Shown in pieces: positions 13,685 through 27,283 of a DNA stretch of 64,000 nt. The notes beneath the pieces are model-generated. The model made no database searches and was not told the DNA's origin. It worked only from the letters and a program-made list of their open reading frames with translations. Made by a program: the position numbers and the translations under genes. How positions within the stretch are numbered: position 1 is the stretch's first letter; every line of letters begins with the position of its first letter. This stretch comes from Sphagnum compactum (taxonomy: Eukaryota), in contig OZ234494.1 in NCBI GenBank assembly GCA_965153455.1, positions 8,060,001-8,124,000 on the forward strand, written 5' to 3'.

Positions 13685-16316
13685 TGTGAGGCAACTTTTT
13701 GTCCCTTTACTCCCGATTCTATGAGGTGACTATACTTGAAAGTACATACGCTACTAGTGAAGGAAAAAAAAATACAAGTGTATTTCTATATGTTAAGTTG
13801 CATTTGTAGTTAAAACTAGATAGCTTGCTTCCTATGCATGATTTATGATTTAGAATTGATAGATATATCTTCCAAGCTCAAACACTTCAAATCCTAGAAT
13901 TCTATGTTAAATTGTCACCCATTTAACCAACTTCTAAGGATTCAACATCAAGTTCAACTTTGCTGCATACCACCAGTCACTTAAAATATTACTCCTGACG
14001 CATATGTTATCCAAATTAAACTTGCCTTAGCTCATTAGAAAGTTAATTACAAGGCGCATGTGCCTACCAAATTACAGGCCCTGCACTTAAACTAGTAAGA
14101 AGTTATGCTACCAAACTCAAGAGGGTTTTACGAAAGCAAAAGGTTCAACTTAGCTGCAGACCATCAATCACTTAAAACATTACTCCTATCGCATGTGTTG
14201 TCCTAATCGAGCTTGCTTCAGCTCATTAAAAAGCTAACTACAAAGTGCATTTACCTACCAAATTGCATGTTCTGCACCCAAACTAGTAAGAAGTTGTACT
14301 ACCAAACCCGAGAGGGTTTGTGAAATTCCTTTAAAATTTCAAGCTCCCAACACTATCCTATTCACTTCTATTCTTTCGGAATACCCCAAACATCCAATCC
14401 ACTCTCCCTCTTTCCACCATCTACTAAGGCTCATCATCCTTCTCCTCCCATTACCCAGAAAAATAACACAAAAAGAAGACCCCCAAAAACTCCTCTCCCC
14501 CAAGCTTTTCATGACCCCTCCTTGAGCTTGTTCTCTTTGTCCAATGGAAGTTGTGGAAATCCTCCTCTGCAATCCATGGCCTTCTCATCCTTCAAGAACC
14601 AATGAGAATTGAGAATGATCCGCCCTCCAATGGATTTTAGGATGAAAATTCTTGTGCGCAAATGAAACATTAAGAGGATTTCATCCTCCAATCAAATAAG
14701 ATGATAATCCTTATGACCAATGGAATTGGAGGACTCATCCTTTTCCTTATCTTGGACATCTTGATGAGGTTTTTGAGCTCGATCCTTGTCCATTCCGTCC
14801 GTTTGACTTTCACATCTTACTTCGTCATCCTAATTATTTTAAATAACTAACTATTAGGATAATTTATCGATAGTAATAGGTAAACATTTTTGAGTTTCTA
14901 CTTGACCAAATCAAGTCAACGGTAGTAGTAACATTCTCGTGTACCATTTACTCTTTTAATATCCCCTAACTATTATTTACCAGGTATTAATTAACTATGT
15001 AGTACATAGTAAATTAGAGTTTAAAATTTCCATCACTAGAACCCCCATGTATTTCTAGATCCACCATCGAAATTAGGGCTTGACGAATCCATTAGAATTA
15101 GGATGTACGGGTTTTCATGAGGTTCCGTCATCACTGCCATACACTGCGCCTACCTTAATTTGTTAAATAAAAGGCATCAACCCCCTCTGAATGTAAGTAC
15201 TAAATTATTCCGGCTACCCTTTTGGTTTTTGTTGATGCAGGTGAAGATTTAGTCATGGCAGATGATGTTGTTACACCCTCGAGTCCTCCAGTTGCGCTAG
15301 TAGAAGAGGAAGAACTTTAAAAAACACCGCTAGATGTGAATGTTTCCCAACGGTCGCGTGATGAAGAACCGTTCCAAAGAGTGGTGCGCACTCGAGTCGA
15401 CCATTCGGCTTGGGAACGTTGATCGTTTCCTAACTCACATGCTTTAGCGATCTATTTAGAAATTTTCCCGCTCGTGGAGCTGCGCCAAGAAGGTTTAAAG
15501 AGTGCTAATGTGAAGATGATGATGTTCGTCTTCATTGTCGAACTTGGGTTCCCGGTGATGGCCATTATCGTTGGCTACGAGGGCCAATCAACCCCCTTTC
15601 CATGGAGCATCGAGCCAAATACCTAGCTCGCACCATTCGTCGCATTCTGGATTTCCTACAGTTGTGATTTATCTCTTTTAAGTCGTTTACTAAATTGTAA
15701 TTCACTTGAAGTTATTTAGGCGAAAATGTTAAGATCTAAATTCGATTTCAATTTTATTTAAGGACCTGATAGAAATGAAGATTGAGTAAGGGTGTATTAG
15801 GACTACATCGTAAAAATCTCACAAGCACATCATTAGTGCCTGAAGATTATTCTAGAAAACTAATTTAATATTATCGTGGTGAAATGTCGGCTTGAAAGTT
15901 GTTTTATCTTTATTGGACCTTTTGTTGACACCTCTTCAACTACTTCATGAATTTCAACATCCTTGCTATTCACTAAATATTAGAACAAGACCAATGTTTT
16001 GTTGAGCACCACGAATTTTGGTGTTGTTTTCACCCCCAACCCTCTAAAAATCTCTCACCCCTAATTATGCAACTGAGGTCCTAAAATTATGGTTATTAGT
16101 TTTTTGTTGAAGAAAAGAACTAACCCAACACCTTATTCACCAATATCGTACTTTGAAAAAGAAAATAGCCCCCCCATTAAACCATGTGCATTCATCACCC
16201 CTTATTCTAACATGAAGTTGCAAAAAACCCCTAATAACCTTACCACACTCAAATATCCTTGATGCAACTCTTAAAAATTGAGATTACCACACACTGTCGT
16301 GTCGGTATGGCTCACA
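13685..16316. mobile_element. Probable solo LTR (~2.6 kb) inserted in the CACTA element
   Basis: Inverted termini TGTGAG...CTCACA (TG..CA rule). The flanks ATCTA and ACCCA differ by two C/T transitions, consistent with a decayed 5-bp TSD. No coding domains are recognised. Confidence 0.5.
13951..14325. repeat. Diverged tandem duplication, 2 x ~190 bp
   Basis: gttcaact...cacttaaaa...aaactagtaagaagtt...gagggttt occurs at about 13951-14135 and 14141-14325. Confidence 0.8.
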
Positions 16317-18119
16317 ACCCACAAAATTCCTTGTATGTCTTTTTTTGTTATTAGAGTTCAAAAGATAATTTGTAGAATTTTAAGTGGCACTCCTATAACA
16401 CTTTAAATCATTTAAAATGAATAAGAAATAAGAAAGTTATGAAGTTTGAAAGTAAGAGGGGTCCAAAGAGGAAAAAAAAAAAACGTGTTTTGTAAGTTGG
16501 GAAGTTTATTTCTCTTGTTATTTTTTCATTACTCATTTTCCTTTGCATTTCAAAGATGATTTTTAGAACTTGAAGTAGCACTAATGAATATGTATCCTTA
16601 TTAAGTTATAAGTAGTTGTTTTAAAGTCATAACATAATTGAATAGTAGTATTTTAGTAGTGGTGCACTAGTGGCCATACTAATTGTATCAATGGGAATCA
16701 TAATTAAAAACTAGTTGCAAATGTATTCCATAATGGGCGATGGAATTGTGGACATGTGGCATAATCGCATGTATGTACATTATACACTAGTTGCAACATA
16801 GTTATTACTTTAGTGACACATTTGTAATAGTTCTAAAGTAATTGTCACATGCAATTACAACGCAACTCTTAAAAAAGTCGAACATGGTTGACTACATATG
16901 TATGTATAATGTATATAAATTACCGTATAAAAGACCCATTTTCAACTCATTTACAATTATAATACAATTAACTGATTTTCTAACGTGATAATTTACTTAT
17001 TAAGACAACGTATTTCTAAGGGGATAGTTACATAGTACTTGTAATACCCGAGGGATAGTTGCAAAATAGTTGTATACGATTTGTTTTTTGAATTTTAGTT
17101 ACAAGGTAATGTGATTTCGGCGGACACGATTTCTCACAGTGAATTTAAAAAATTGGAAATTGTTTTTAAAAAAAATTCTTAAATAAACTGGCCCCTTTAA
17201 AGATTATAGCTTTAACTTTGGAAATTCATAATTAAATTATACTTTTTCAATTAATTTTCTAATAAAACCTGAAAATAGAATCACTTCCAAATTACCTTAG
17301 GAAAAACATTCCCAAGAAAATTTTCAATTCATGTTTCAAATTTGTGTTCCTAACCAAAAAGTTCAAGGAAAGGTGGCCATGCGTTACTTCTTGAAACTGT
17401 TTCTAATGCAATGATTAGGAACATCAAAATACACAATATTTTTGATATTATTAAAATTTCAAAATCTATGGAACCTAATAAATGTATTCATTAAAAAAAA
17501 ATATGAAAAATTATTTAAATGTTTCCTATGATTTTTTCAAAGTTCGATGGATTTAAAAAAATCAAGGCGTGACGTTCCCAGTGGTCCACCCAAGGATGCT
17601 ATTACCTCATGAGATAATTTTAAATAGATTCAGAAAATAGACCTCGAAAGATAACAAAATGGAAATGAAAGCTTAAATTGTGGCTTAAAATAGATTTAGA
17701 AAATAGTACCTATATCTCTAGCTCCTGCACCAAATTTGTTACATCACAAATATGTTGAAGTTAACTATGCAAGAATTTCCAATTTTAACGTGGAACTAGT
17801 AAGATTTGTATCATTATATTTTTTGGCAATCCCCCACTTTATGGTTACAATTATTGAAGCTCCATTTACAACAACACCAACCCATACCATTACTGGCATG
17901 AGGTTTAGACCACAGGCTCTAAGGGGAATAGACCTTGTGAGCATGCATATAGAGATGCCCGGAGAGGTGGATAAGATTTTTGTTGGATAGCCATCAGATC
18001 CAAGAGGAGGAAGATCAAGACCACCGGGACCACCATGACCTTTAGGACCTTCAAGATATTTTGGGTTACCAATGGCGAATCTAGGTAGACCACTGTTACC
18101 ACCAAACATGCCTTATCAT

Positions 18120-19140
18120 TGACCACTTAACTACCTTGAGTATGTAAAGGATTTTAACCCAGATGTTGATGTCAGATTTTTAAGGCTGTTATAAGCACAA
18201 ATGGTGAAATAGAAAATGCAAAAATTGTTAATATGTTTAGTTTTACCCTTAGAGACATTGTGTCTGACTGGTGTAACAATTACATGGGAAACTACCCAAA
18301 TGGTACTTTTGCAGAATTGTTATTAACTTTCTATAAACGGTTCAAAATAGTATAGAATGATGAATAAGTTTATCTGCAATTGAAGAACATGAAGCAGGAA
18401 AAAAAATGAAAGGGTAAAAGTCTATTATGAGAGATTATTGAAGTTAACCAATAGTCTTCAACACAGAACAACATATAATTTTCTAATTACTATTTTCATG
18501 TCTGAATTACAACCATATTTACGTGTAGTAACAGCAAACATGAAGAGAAAAACCCTGTATCAACAAAAGGAAGCAACTTTGGTTTGTGAAGAAGGAATTT
18601 CTGAAGTTAAAATTATAAGCAATCTATTAGTACCACAAAGTAATAAGATAATGTTAGCTTACAAACCTTAAATAGTTCCAGAGAAAACAAGAATGTATTG
18701 TACAAACTATTACAAAATAAATCACAATGTTGAAACATGCAAAATCAAAAGAAAGGAAGAGTCTATTCCTATAGTTTTTGAAGTTACCATTCAGCAGATC
18801 ATAGTACAAAGACTTGTGAGTTATTCTTGTCATATTTGTGGTGACACTGGACACAAGATCATAGATTATCTTAAGTATAGTGGCATGCATAATATGTTTA
18901 AGAACAAAAAAGTGAAAACTACAAAGAAACCATCTGTGGTGGAGCCCAAGGTTGCCAATCCTTCAATTCATATAGTGGATGTCAACATGGCTATTACCAA
19001 GAACAAGGTTACTGAAGAGCAAGTTTTCAAGGATAGAAAGTTAATCAAGAAGAAGTCTTTTGTTGATTGGGAAGCATAGTAGAGACCAAAACAATCTTTT
19101 GTCAAGACAACACAAGATATGTAAGTAGAAGACCTTCCAA
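18120..19140 (+). mobile_element. Degenerate LTR-retrotransposon gag remnant (Ty3/gypsy-type)
   Basis: Broken frames give IVNMFSFTLRDIVSDWCNNY...LQLKNMKQ..ERVKVYYERLLKL...FMSELQPYLR (Retrotrans_gag-like) and decayed zinc knuckles (CTNYYKINHNVETC, CHICGDTGHKIIDY). It is truncated by the LINE fragment at about 19146. Confidence 0.75.
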
Positions 19141-19145
19141 AAAGC

Positions 19146-20850
19146 CTAAATCAAAAGACCTATTGCACAAAGTTCGGTTTGAAAATGTTCATATGTAGAT
19201 GATATAATTAAAAAGGGACCTATGATATGAATGTCATTTACAATGGATGGAAATAGATAAGAAGGGAAACAACTAACTATAGAACATAAAACTTTAAAAT
19301 GGGCAAAAGTGAATAGTGCCCCTCCCAAGGGATCACCTTGACGGGTTCCCATGGTAAATGGGATGACTGTAACATTGCTTTCGCGATTATGATGATTATA
19401 AAACAAAGGAAATTCAAATGCATTGAATGCATGAATTAAGGGATGAATTGTATGATGTTTCCACCCGTTGCACAAAGTTTTTGAAATATGACCCCTTTTG
19501 ACATTGAATTGAAAACATTTGCCATGTTAGTTGGACAACAACCCAGTCAAGGTGAAGGTCCAGGGTGCACCTAATGTTGTGAATTACTATTTCATAACCA
19601 CCTTTTGTTGTAACTCCGAATTGGTGTGGGGAGAAATGTGTTACAAAAGCGTCATGGAATTAAAGGCATAAAATGCAGCTGAATCAATACAATGTTTTCC
19701 CCATTACAATGGAGTGAACTCCACCTAAAGGTTTGGTCATGGTTAAGAAGCAAACCGCTCGAAGGACATGTGCAATTCGAGGTGGAATGTTCTAGTCTAG
19801 CTCGTAATTTTCAAGGAAAAACAAAAAGTAGCCATCAGATTCAAGGTGTAATGCAATGAAAGCTCGTGAGGTGGTGTTGGAAGATGTGGGTGTAAGGGAA
19901 AATGGTGCCAAAACACGAATTGTTCAAAAATGTTCCCCTGCATGTACAAAAGTTAAACTACGTTTATGAGATGGAGGATCATGTCAAGGAAAAGGCGCTA
20001 AGCTCGAACTTGCCACCAAAGCTTAGGCCCACAAAAAGAGCTCCTTAGGACTGCAGGTTTTCCTAGTCACCTTCTAGAAAATGCTTAAATCAAATTCGAG
20101 TTTCCCTATGCCCTGTTGCCCCACCCATGAAGGGGCAAAGCGAAACACTGTTGGGGTTACAAGAGGAGCAAATGCCAAGCTACCACATCATAGGGGTCGT
20201 GTGCCAACTTATCTAGTGGGAAACAAAACGTCACTTGTACATCATGTCATGAAATGGTAAGGATGTGGTTGTAACAATTGGGGACGACAAAAACCTAAAT
20301 GAAAGGACTCAAAGACATTCAATGAAAAAACCCAAATATAGGCTGATGAAGGTGAGGTGCAAACAAGAGAAGGTATTGAGTTGGGATGGTCACAGGGGTT
20401 TGGATTAGATTAATTGGATGTTTGACAGGAATGCTGATGATGAATTAACCTTCGACTAGTAAATTGGCATCCATAGGTGGGGCAAGAGACTTTAAGTGGA
20501 GGTTATGAACATGTTGAAGAGATGGGGGTAGGTTGGGGGGTTTGATCATGGGCAATTACAGGGGTTGATAGGGTGGAAAGGGGAAAAGGTTCTACCTATG
20601 CATGGTCAAGGGGGTTTGGGAAAGTGTAGGGTTGGGGCCCACATGCACACAAAGGGTTGGGGGCCGGTAATGGGAAGTAGTAGGTGGTTTGTGGTTTGTT
20701 AGAATGGGAGGGGGAATTAGTGGGTGGTTTGTGGTTTGCATGGAAGATGGGGTGGAGAATAGGTTTTTGATGGTGCATGACAAAACAAATGGGCAATGGG
20801 AACTCTGAAGTTCGATGAGACATGATGAACTAAGGGACATGGGACATTTG
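19146..20850 (-). mobile_element. Non-LTR retrotransposon fragment (5' part to RT domain 6), RLE/CRE-like, degenerate
   Basis: ORF 19146-19475 carries GTRQGDPLGGALF and FPSIVNDIHIIGP (RT motifs 4-5). Upstream are HLDWVVVQL/ANVFNSMS-like RT motif 3 remnants and a Pro/His-rich 5' region. Many stops are present. Confidence 0.75.
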
Positions 20851-22984
20851 ATGCCTATGAAAAAAAAGGCCTATTAAAGACACATGCCCCATTTTTTAAA
20901 GACTGCCTATTGTTATAAGACAATCTTAAATTTATAAAGCCAACCACACATGATTAAATGAAACGAAAGGAAAGGAAAAAAATAGGAAACCTCTTAGGGG
21001 TTCCTGGCTAGGGCATTATGCCAAAGCCAAACCCTAACTTTGCTATAGGCTTGGGTGTCACGATCCTTATTCTACCGGGTTCAACACAACCAAGACACTC
21101 TGAGACTAAAACATTACATGCTTCATTCTTTATTTCTAGTCCAGTAGGACCTAAAATGTAACGTTACACAAAGGTTTCCTAAAAAGTGATTATAGTGAAT
21201 TAATCACCCTTTTCACAAGGATCCCAATCCACTTAAAAAATTATGTACAACAAAGTTTCAAATGATACCTAACTTTATGGTGGAAATCTTATTGCGTCTT
21301 CAAACATTTGTAAGACGCACCATGATGTTTTTGGTTAGTTGGCTTCTTTTTTTTCAACTTTCTCGAAATTAATGATTACAAATACTTGCACCCCAACTGA
21401 TAATGACAAAGAGAAGAGTATTAGTGGCATTGGAGAAGCAAACAAAACACCACACACACACACACACACACACACACAATAGTTCTGCAAATTCAAAAGA
21501 TTTTTTTTCTTCTTCAAAGCCAAAGAAATGTAAAAGAAAAAAAATTTAGGCCTACCATGGATAACCCATCAACCTCAAGTTTCTAGGTCATTGTTTCATT
21601 ACTGTAGTATTTTGGCAACTTCCACACATGCCTATCGAATAATTATTTCATTTGAAAATTTCATTTTCACAAATAAAATATTTCCTTCACAAATTTTTTT
21701 TTGAAAATTTAAAATATATGTATTATATTTCTGAAAGTAAATATAATTAATGTCAAAATTGCCAAGGTAGCAAGATATTTTTTAAATTTGAAAAATGGCA
21801 ATCATATTCCAACACTTTTTTTTTATTTTTTAGAAGAACGATTATGTGGATGTTAAGGCATCCCCTGAAGGGCTTTCTTACTTTGCATAAAACATTTTGA
21901 AAGAAAGTAAAAGCAATTCCACTGGTGCTTAGTTTGTGACCCTGCACATTAAATTTGGATGAAAAAAAATCACCATGCCGGTTTGGCTCTAAAAAATGGT
22001 TTTCCTCCTGCACATTAGCTTAGTTTGTCGAGGTTGTAAAAAACACAACAAAGTTGTGCACCTACTAGAAAATAGAGTAATAATTATGATGTGACTGCTA
22101 TTCCTTTTTTTGATTGGCTAATCATAATGATTGGGCCAAGTGGTTTTGCTATTAGTAGTTCCCACCTTTTTGTAGTCTTCGTTTTAGTTTTATGGGTGGG
22201 GTTGCAAAAAAGTAAATAACTAAACTTGGATGTGTGAAATATTTTGGCAGGTTCACATACTAAGTGCCAGTGGGGGTGCTTTAAGGACTTGAACCCATTT
22301 TTCTAGTCTAAAGAGTGGGATACACTTGGTGAACCCACTTTGCCATCTTGGAGAATGAGTTAAATGCTTCAAACCCATTGTCAAATACCTTCAAGGAAGA
22401 TTTTTAATTAGCAAAAGGTCCTTGGCTCCTTAATGTAAGTAGTACAAAATATTGTTGCATTTGTTTGTCCCCTATTTGGCCAATTGCATGATTAAGATGT
22501 GTGTGGTGAAATCCAAACACATTTAAACTAATGACTTTACACGAGACATAATTACATTACTAATGTCCATTAAATGCCCAAAATGTGCATAGTCAATAGC
22601 CCAAATGTGTTTGGGCATTGTCAGTAGTTTTTCAAAAAAATAAGAATCATGCTAATTAAAAAACCACATTGGTAACCAGCATAGGTTCGGTCAATTGTGC
22701 AACTTTTGATACCCACATAAAGTTGGTTAAAATTAGTGGGTTTTTAATGAATTTTTTTGTGTATAACCTAAGTGACCATCATTCGTATGAAGAAGTAAAA
22801 AAAAAGTTTATCATCCTCAAGAAGATTTAGCCAAATTTGGTGATCGACTAGATATGAAGTAAAAATATTTAATTAACATTCTATATTGATGTCTACACAT
22901 TGAAAACCAAATATAAAAAAAATCTCGCATTTTTAACTATTTTTTTTTCAATTTTAATGATTGAGGCTTTCAAAAAAAATTTGT

Positions 22985-24800
22985 GTTATTCTTTGGGGGT
23001 TTTTCTTTCATGTCTATTCCCTTCCATGGTCGATAACGCCCATATCTTTAGTCTTGGCCATGTGGTCTCCTTTGCTTTTAATCATTGTGCTTTTTAGTTA
23101 GCTTATGGGGGGGGGGGGTTGTCTAGTTCAACCCCATAAGTGTTCGCCTTGGACTCCATTTGCTTTACCTCTTATGTTCATCCCCCTTGTTGAGTTTTGT
23201 TGCCCTTTTGGTGATATCAGGATCCTTGGTGTCTCCTTTGGCTCTGCTTCCTTTGCCTTCTTTTTTTGTAAGAGGCTCTAGGTAAGGATGATTAGCATAT
23301 AAATGTGTTCTTGAGATTAAGGGATGTCTAAATGGCTTTAGGTATCCTCTTTCGATGTTTCACCTAAAGGTTTTTCTTTTTGCTTCGTTGTTTCCCCCTT
23401 TTCCAAGTTTTCAAAGTTCATTCATTGTTTTTGATTCCACCCTAATGGGAGTTTTTGAAAGATTTTTGGGTCTTGGTTCATTGGAGTGCCCCAAGGTCCC
23501 TCTAGTTTGGTGGCATATGGTTCTCCCCATTTCTAGTGGGGGTGTAGGTTTGATTTCTATGGAGGTCATTGTTCCAACTGCCTATCTGGGGAATCAAGCC
23601 TTAGTGGCCCTTGTCATAGTTTCCAACTTTTTGTTGGAGGTGAAAGGTAGTTTGGGGCCATTCATTTTCCAGATGCATTTGAAATCAACACGACAAATTT
23701 TTCCCCTTGGGGCTATAACATGTGTCCCCCTTTTTGAACAATTGGTTGAGAAAGTCGTAGATCGCCTTCAAGAAAATATTTCAAAAAGATTGCATGACCA
23801 TTCCCTTACTAACATCCTTTTTGATTTACCTTTTGGTTCACATTTTGAACACGTTTGAAGTCATGTGCGAGGCTAGGTGTAGACGTTTGGTTATTAACCC
23901 ACCTAATCATTCTTTTCTTCTACCTGCCTTTAGGTGTTTTCTCCATTGCCTTGCACACTAGGTTGGATTTTTCTCATCATTTAATCCTTGGGGTGTCACA
24001 TTACATTTGTAACCAACCTTTGGATTTTATGGGGATCCATCATTTTCGTTGCACTCATGGTGGGGAGAGGACGATCTTGCATGATTTTATGCGAGGTGCT
24101 TTCTTGGCCATTGTGAAAGATGTAGGTTTTCACATGTTGCAAGAACAGACCCATGTCCTTCCACCTTCCCCCCCTGCTCTAATGTCTTCGTGTCGTCAAA
24201 TCAACATTGTGTTATCAGTCGATGGTGTTTGCACATTGGTAGATGTTGTCATCGCCAACCCCACTTGAGTTGATTTGGTTTTGCGGGTTGTTCTTTTTCG
24301 TGGGGTTGTTACGAGAGTCGTAATTTAGGCGAAGGATGGTAATTATTGTGATTAATTTTCAATGGACATGTTATTCCCTCTAGTTGTAAAGGTCTTTAGG
24401 TGTCTACACTAGTAGGCGGACGAGTTTTTTTATCAATGTGCCAACATGGCGTGGGGAACGAAGGGCATTAGAGGCCTTCTTCTCTTAGTCTTGTGCGCAT
24501 TTTATAAGCATAAGGTGTTAGAGGCGCTACAACAAGCACATGCAATCTCTATTTTGAGATAGGTTGTTGTAGTAGGTGAAGGTTTTAATAGGCTAGGCAT
24601 CCTTACAGGAGGTCCTGCCCTTTCCTTATTTGATACGCTTCTTGTGACTTGAGGGGGTTCAGGAACTTGATGTGCCCCTTGTGGTTCACCCTCTTAGGTG
24701 GTTCTTTTGTCTTCTTGGACGTGGGTCCTTCCATTTTGTTCCTTGTATTCGCCCCTTTTTGGGTGCTTTGGTTTATATTGGATTGACAGGGTTTCATCAC
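22985..24800 (+). mobile_element. 5'-truncated non-LTR retrotransposon with C-terminal zinc finger and restriction-like endonuclease (CRE/R2-superfamily-like), degenerate
   Basis: CLFPSMVDNAHI (RT motif 5), ILGVSFGS, LPISSGGVGL (thumb), ICNQPLDFMGIHHFRCTHGGERTILHD (CCHC-type finger plus RH-like motif), RQINIV...LVDVVIANPT and K..Y...LFPLVVKVF (RLE motifs). Frameshifts and stops are present. Confidence 0.75.
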
Positions 24801-25954
24801 AAAATCACTTTGTTCCATAAATGGATCCCATGGTTGAAAAGCTGCATTCGCTTTGAATTTGGCTTTTCTTCCATCCTGCCACACCTGTTATTGTCCTTGG
24901 AAAGCTGTTTTCCACCTCTCAATATTGCTCCTCCGAGATCCTTTGCACAAGAAACCCCAGAAGTGGGCCAGACCTTAACCGGCACCTACAAACACACAAT
25001 GCAGGATGTATGTATGGGGACAAGATTACATTCATAAAAATGTAGTCTTGTCCCTATACATACATTACATTCATTGTAATCTTGTCCCACAACAAACCAT
25101 GGTGGGTATCTACTATATTATGTATACATGTATCTCTGTGTCTACATACTTATTATCATAACACATGGGTGACTTTGGCATAAAATAAATTATTTTTTAT
25201 TTGTGAAGTTTTGAAAACTCTTTAACTCTGTTGTCGAAAATTCCAAAATCCTAGATCGCAAGAATCTGAAATCAAACCTTGACATTGAATCTAGATAAGC
25301 ACATTAGTTGTGAACACATTGACCACAAGGGCAATAAGAGAATTCTGAAGTTGAGTTGTAATTCAATATGTGAATTCCTTATATGACGAAAAGTTAAAAA
25401 CTAAAAATTCCCATGACAAATCTCAATTTTACAATAAATTAATTTTCAGCACTTGTGTACTGAACCCACCGAGGTACTATATGGTAATCACCAAGTGCCT
25501 AACTTTCTGTTGTAATCATTTAAGTTTTATTTTTCTCAAAAGCTTGTATCTCAGTTCTAATTCTGGTTTCACACATAAATGGAATTGGGAACCTGGCCAC
25601 AGGTCTGGTTTTTTTTTTTTTTTTTTCCCCTTAAAGTCTCATTCCATCTCTGAAATTGAAAATCAGACCCAATTTTGAATTGAAATTCTTCCTAACCAAA
25701 ACCAGAAGGAACAGTTCTAACCAAAGCAGGTAGATACACACCCAACATTGGTAAATATCTAAATAGGTACCTAGTGTGAGGTGGAAGTAGGAAGGTTTAC
25801 ATGATAGGGTACCAAGCTGGGAACCTTGGTGACTCAGTTGTGGTTGGTTCAACCCCAGATAAATCACACCTAAGTCATGTAAGGTTTCCAATGGATTGGT
25901 GCACCAGGGTCCCATGCCTACTGGGTCACATAATCCCCACAAAAGCCAAAAAAA

Positions 25955-26270
25955 CAAGGGATGTGTCACAGCACTGTGACCTTGCCATTTATATTAAAAT
26001 GTATCTTAAGGCAGAAGAAGAATTATGGAAACTCAAATATTTCATCATGCAAAACTATACCTAATCTTCCAAAAATCCTCTTAAAGAAACCAAAATCCTT
26101 CAAGATATTATAACTTTATAACTAATCTCAAGTTTCAACACAAGCCAAAATTATCATCTTTCAAAAATCCTCATATAAAAATAGACCTATTATAATTACC
26201 TAGGGGCCTATTAAAATCCCTTAAGCTACTATACTCTATAATCAATCTAAACACAATATCCTTGCCTACC
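25955..26270 (-). repeat. Dispersed repeat family B
   Basis: Reverse-complement match to 48516-48806 and 51695-52000. Confidence 0.85.
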
Positions 26271-26958
26271 AGCCAAAAAAAGAGGTGGGTCTGGTTGGAA
26301 TCAATGCATACAGTGGTGAAGACTTGCAGAGTCCAAATGCATGTTCCTTGTGCCACAAGGAAAAGTTGACACATCTGATAAAGAAATGGTGCCTGTTTGT
26401 GTGTTCAACTTTGCACCACTCAACATCTCATTCAAAGATGTTCAAAAGTGTGCAGATTTCATTAAAGTTGAAGTTGGTGATATAACAGGCACATGGATCA
26501 TTGGGTCAACAAGTGACTAGAAAAGAAAAAGGAAAAAAAAAAGGAATCAAGTTTGAAGAAGTCATTAGGTAGCTAGAAGAGGTATGGTGTGCTTTGTAGA
26601 AGGGGTATTAGCTGATGCAAAAAAAATAAATGGTGGCAACCTCTTCTAGGAATTCTTTTATTCTTGTTTTCCCATATGTTCTCAATGATGTTCCCCATGT
26701 GTTCCCAATAGCACCTCACTCTATCCCATATCCTTGGCCAAAATCCCCCCCCCCCCCCCCCCCCGCCCCCCTTCTCTCAGCACATAGGTGAGCCAGCAGC
26801 TTGGAGGAAATTTAGTAGATAACAAATAAAGTATGGTTGGAAAAGTGTATGAATGTGTGTTGGAGATGCAAAGTTACATTTGTGTGCCATGATTCTCTAT
26901 TTGGTTCCATGAACAAAATGGAATAATTTGGAAGGGGGTTGTTCAAGCTATCAAACTT

Positions 26959-27283
26959 TAGAGGAAATGCATAAATGAAAAAGTAAGGATGATTAAATGA
27001 TTATCACAAATTGGGGATGAGACAAGGGATTATAGGGCCAAAGACAGGATGACTTAACAGATAACTCTAAAACTGTAGAGTTATCCGTAAAGTCACCCTC
27101 TGTTTCACCCCCTATCTCCTCTAGAGGAAATGCATAAATGAAAAGTAAGGATGATTAAATGATTATCACAAATTGGGGATGAGACAAGGGATTATAGGGC
27201 CAAAGACAGGATGATTTAACAGATAACTCTAAAACTGTAGAGTTATCCGTAAAGTCACCCTCTGTTTCACCCCCTATCTCCTC
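26959..27283 (+). repeat. Near-identical direct duplication, 2 x ~163 bp, spanning the left end of a family A MITE
   Basis: tagaggaaatgcataaatg...ccccctatctcctc occurs at 26959-27121 and 27122-27283. Confidence 0.9.

Larger units (their letters stand above)
12679..17141. mobile_element. Non-autonomous CACTA (En/Spm) DNA transposon
   Basis: Termini are CACTATGAGAAA ... TTTCTCACAGTG (11/12 inverted match), with a 3-bp TSD AAT at 12676-12678 and 17142-17144. There are many subterminal TGCAACT/AGTTGCA-like motifs. No transposase is recognised. Confidence 0.8.
12511..17598. mobile_element. TIR (MITE-like) element hosting the CACTA insertion
   Basis: 12511-12535 CATCCTTGGGTGGACCACTAGGAAC is the reverse complement (24/25) of 17574-17598 GTTCCCAGTGGTCCACCCAAGGATG. 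No TSD is evident. Confidence 0.6.

Noticed and set aside
19146..24800. One full-length LINE split by an inversion
   Set aside because: Both fragments contain RT motif 5-6 with clearly different sequence (FPSIVNDIH vs FPSMVDNAH), so they are separate copies.
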